This document shows positions 63,916 to 64,000 of a stretch of DNA of 64,000 bases, one piece after another; within the stretch, counting starts at the first letter, position 1; every line of letters begins with the position of its first letter. Source of the DNA: the human T2T-CHM13v2.0 reference genome, Homo sapiens; assembly GCF_009914755.1 (NCBI RefSeq), contig NC_060935.1; one strand, written 5' to 3'. The translations under genes were made by a program, and so were the position numbers. The notes beneath the pieces were generated by a model. That model was given only the letters and a program-made list of their open reading frames with translations. It made no database searches and was not told where the DNA came from.

Positions 63916-64000
63916 CATCATTTTACTCTCTACTTCTGTGAGATCTTTTTTTTTATTCCAAATATGAGTGAGAACACGCAGTATTTGTCTTTTCCTGTGC
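63916..64000 (-). mobile_element. L1MA-type fragment running off the window
   Basis: 'cattttactctctacttctgtgag...atatgagtgagaacacgcagtatttgtctt'. Confidence 0.7.

Overview
Primate, almost certainly human, AT-rich non-genic DNA: a human-specific AluYb9 is present. I find no intact protein-coding gene, RNA gene or CRISPR array. The window is a layered retroelement landscape. LINE-1s: two L1PB copies (one near full-length, split by a complete THE1 provirus), an old L1MC, truncated L1PA5 and L1PA7 copies, a 5'-inverted L1PA2 and a full-length but dead L1PA3. Other elements: several Alus, THE1/MLT1/MER21/LTR16/LTR33-type LTRs, a HERV-W (LTR17) solo LTR with an orphan fragment, ERVL dUTPase-region remnants, a processed pseudogene of V-ATPase subunit G1 (ATP6V1G1), and two large TA-rich low-complexity blocks. 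Nearly all ORFs in the track are L1/Alu/LTR remnants or low-complexity artefacts. I do not see a new biological system. The most notable observations are mechanistic: a short 3' transduction and strand-biased G>T changes in the L1PA3, a ~30-35 bp target-site duplication (TSD), a twin-primed L1 missing ~2 kb, a chimeric AluY/AluS, a YY1-motif expansion in LTR17, and nested fold-back inverted repeats around the 60.6-62.6 kb purine-pyrimidine block. Subfamily calls rest on recalled consensus sequences, not on a search.
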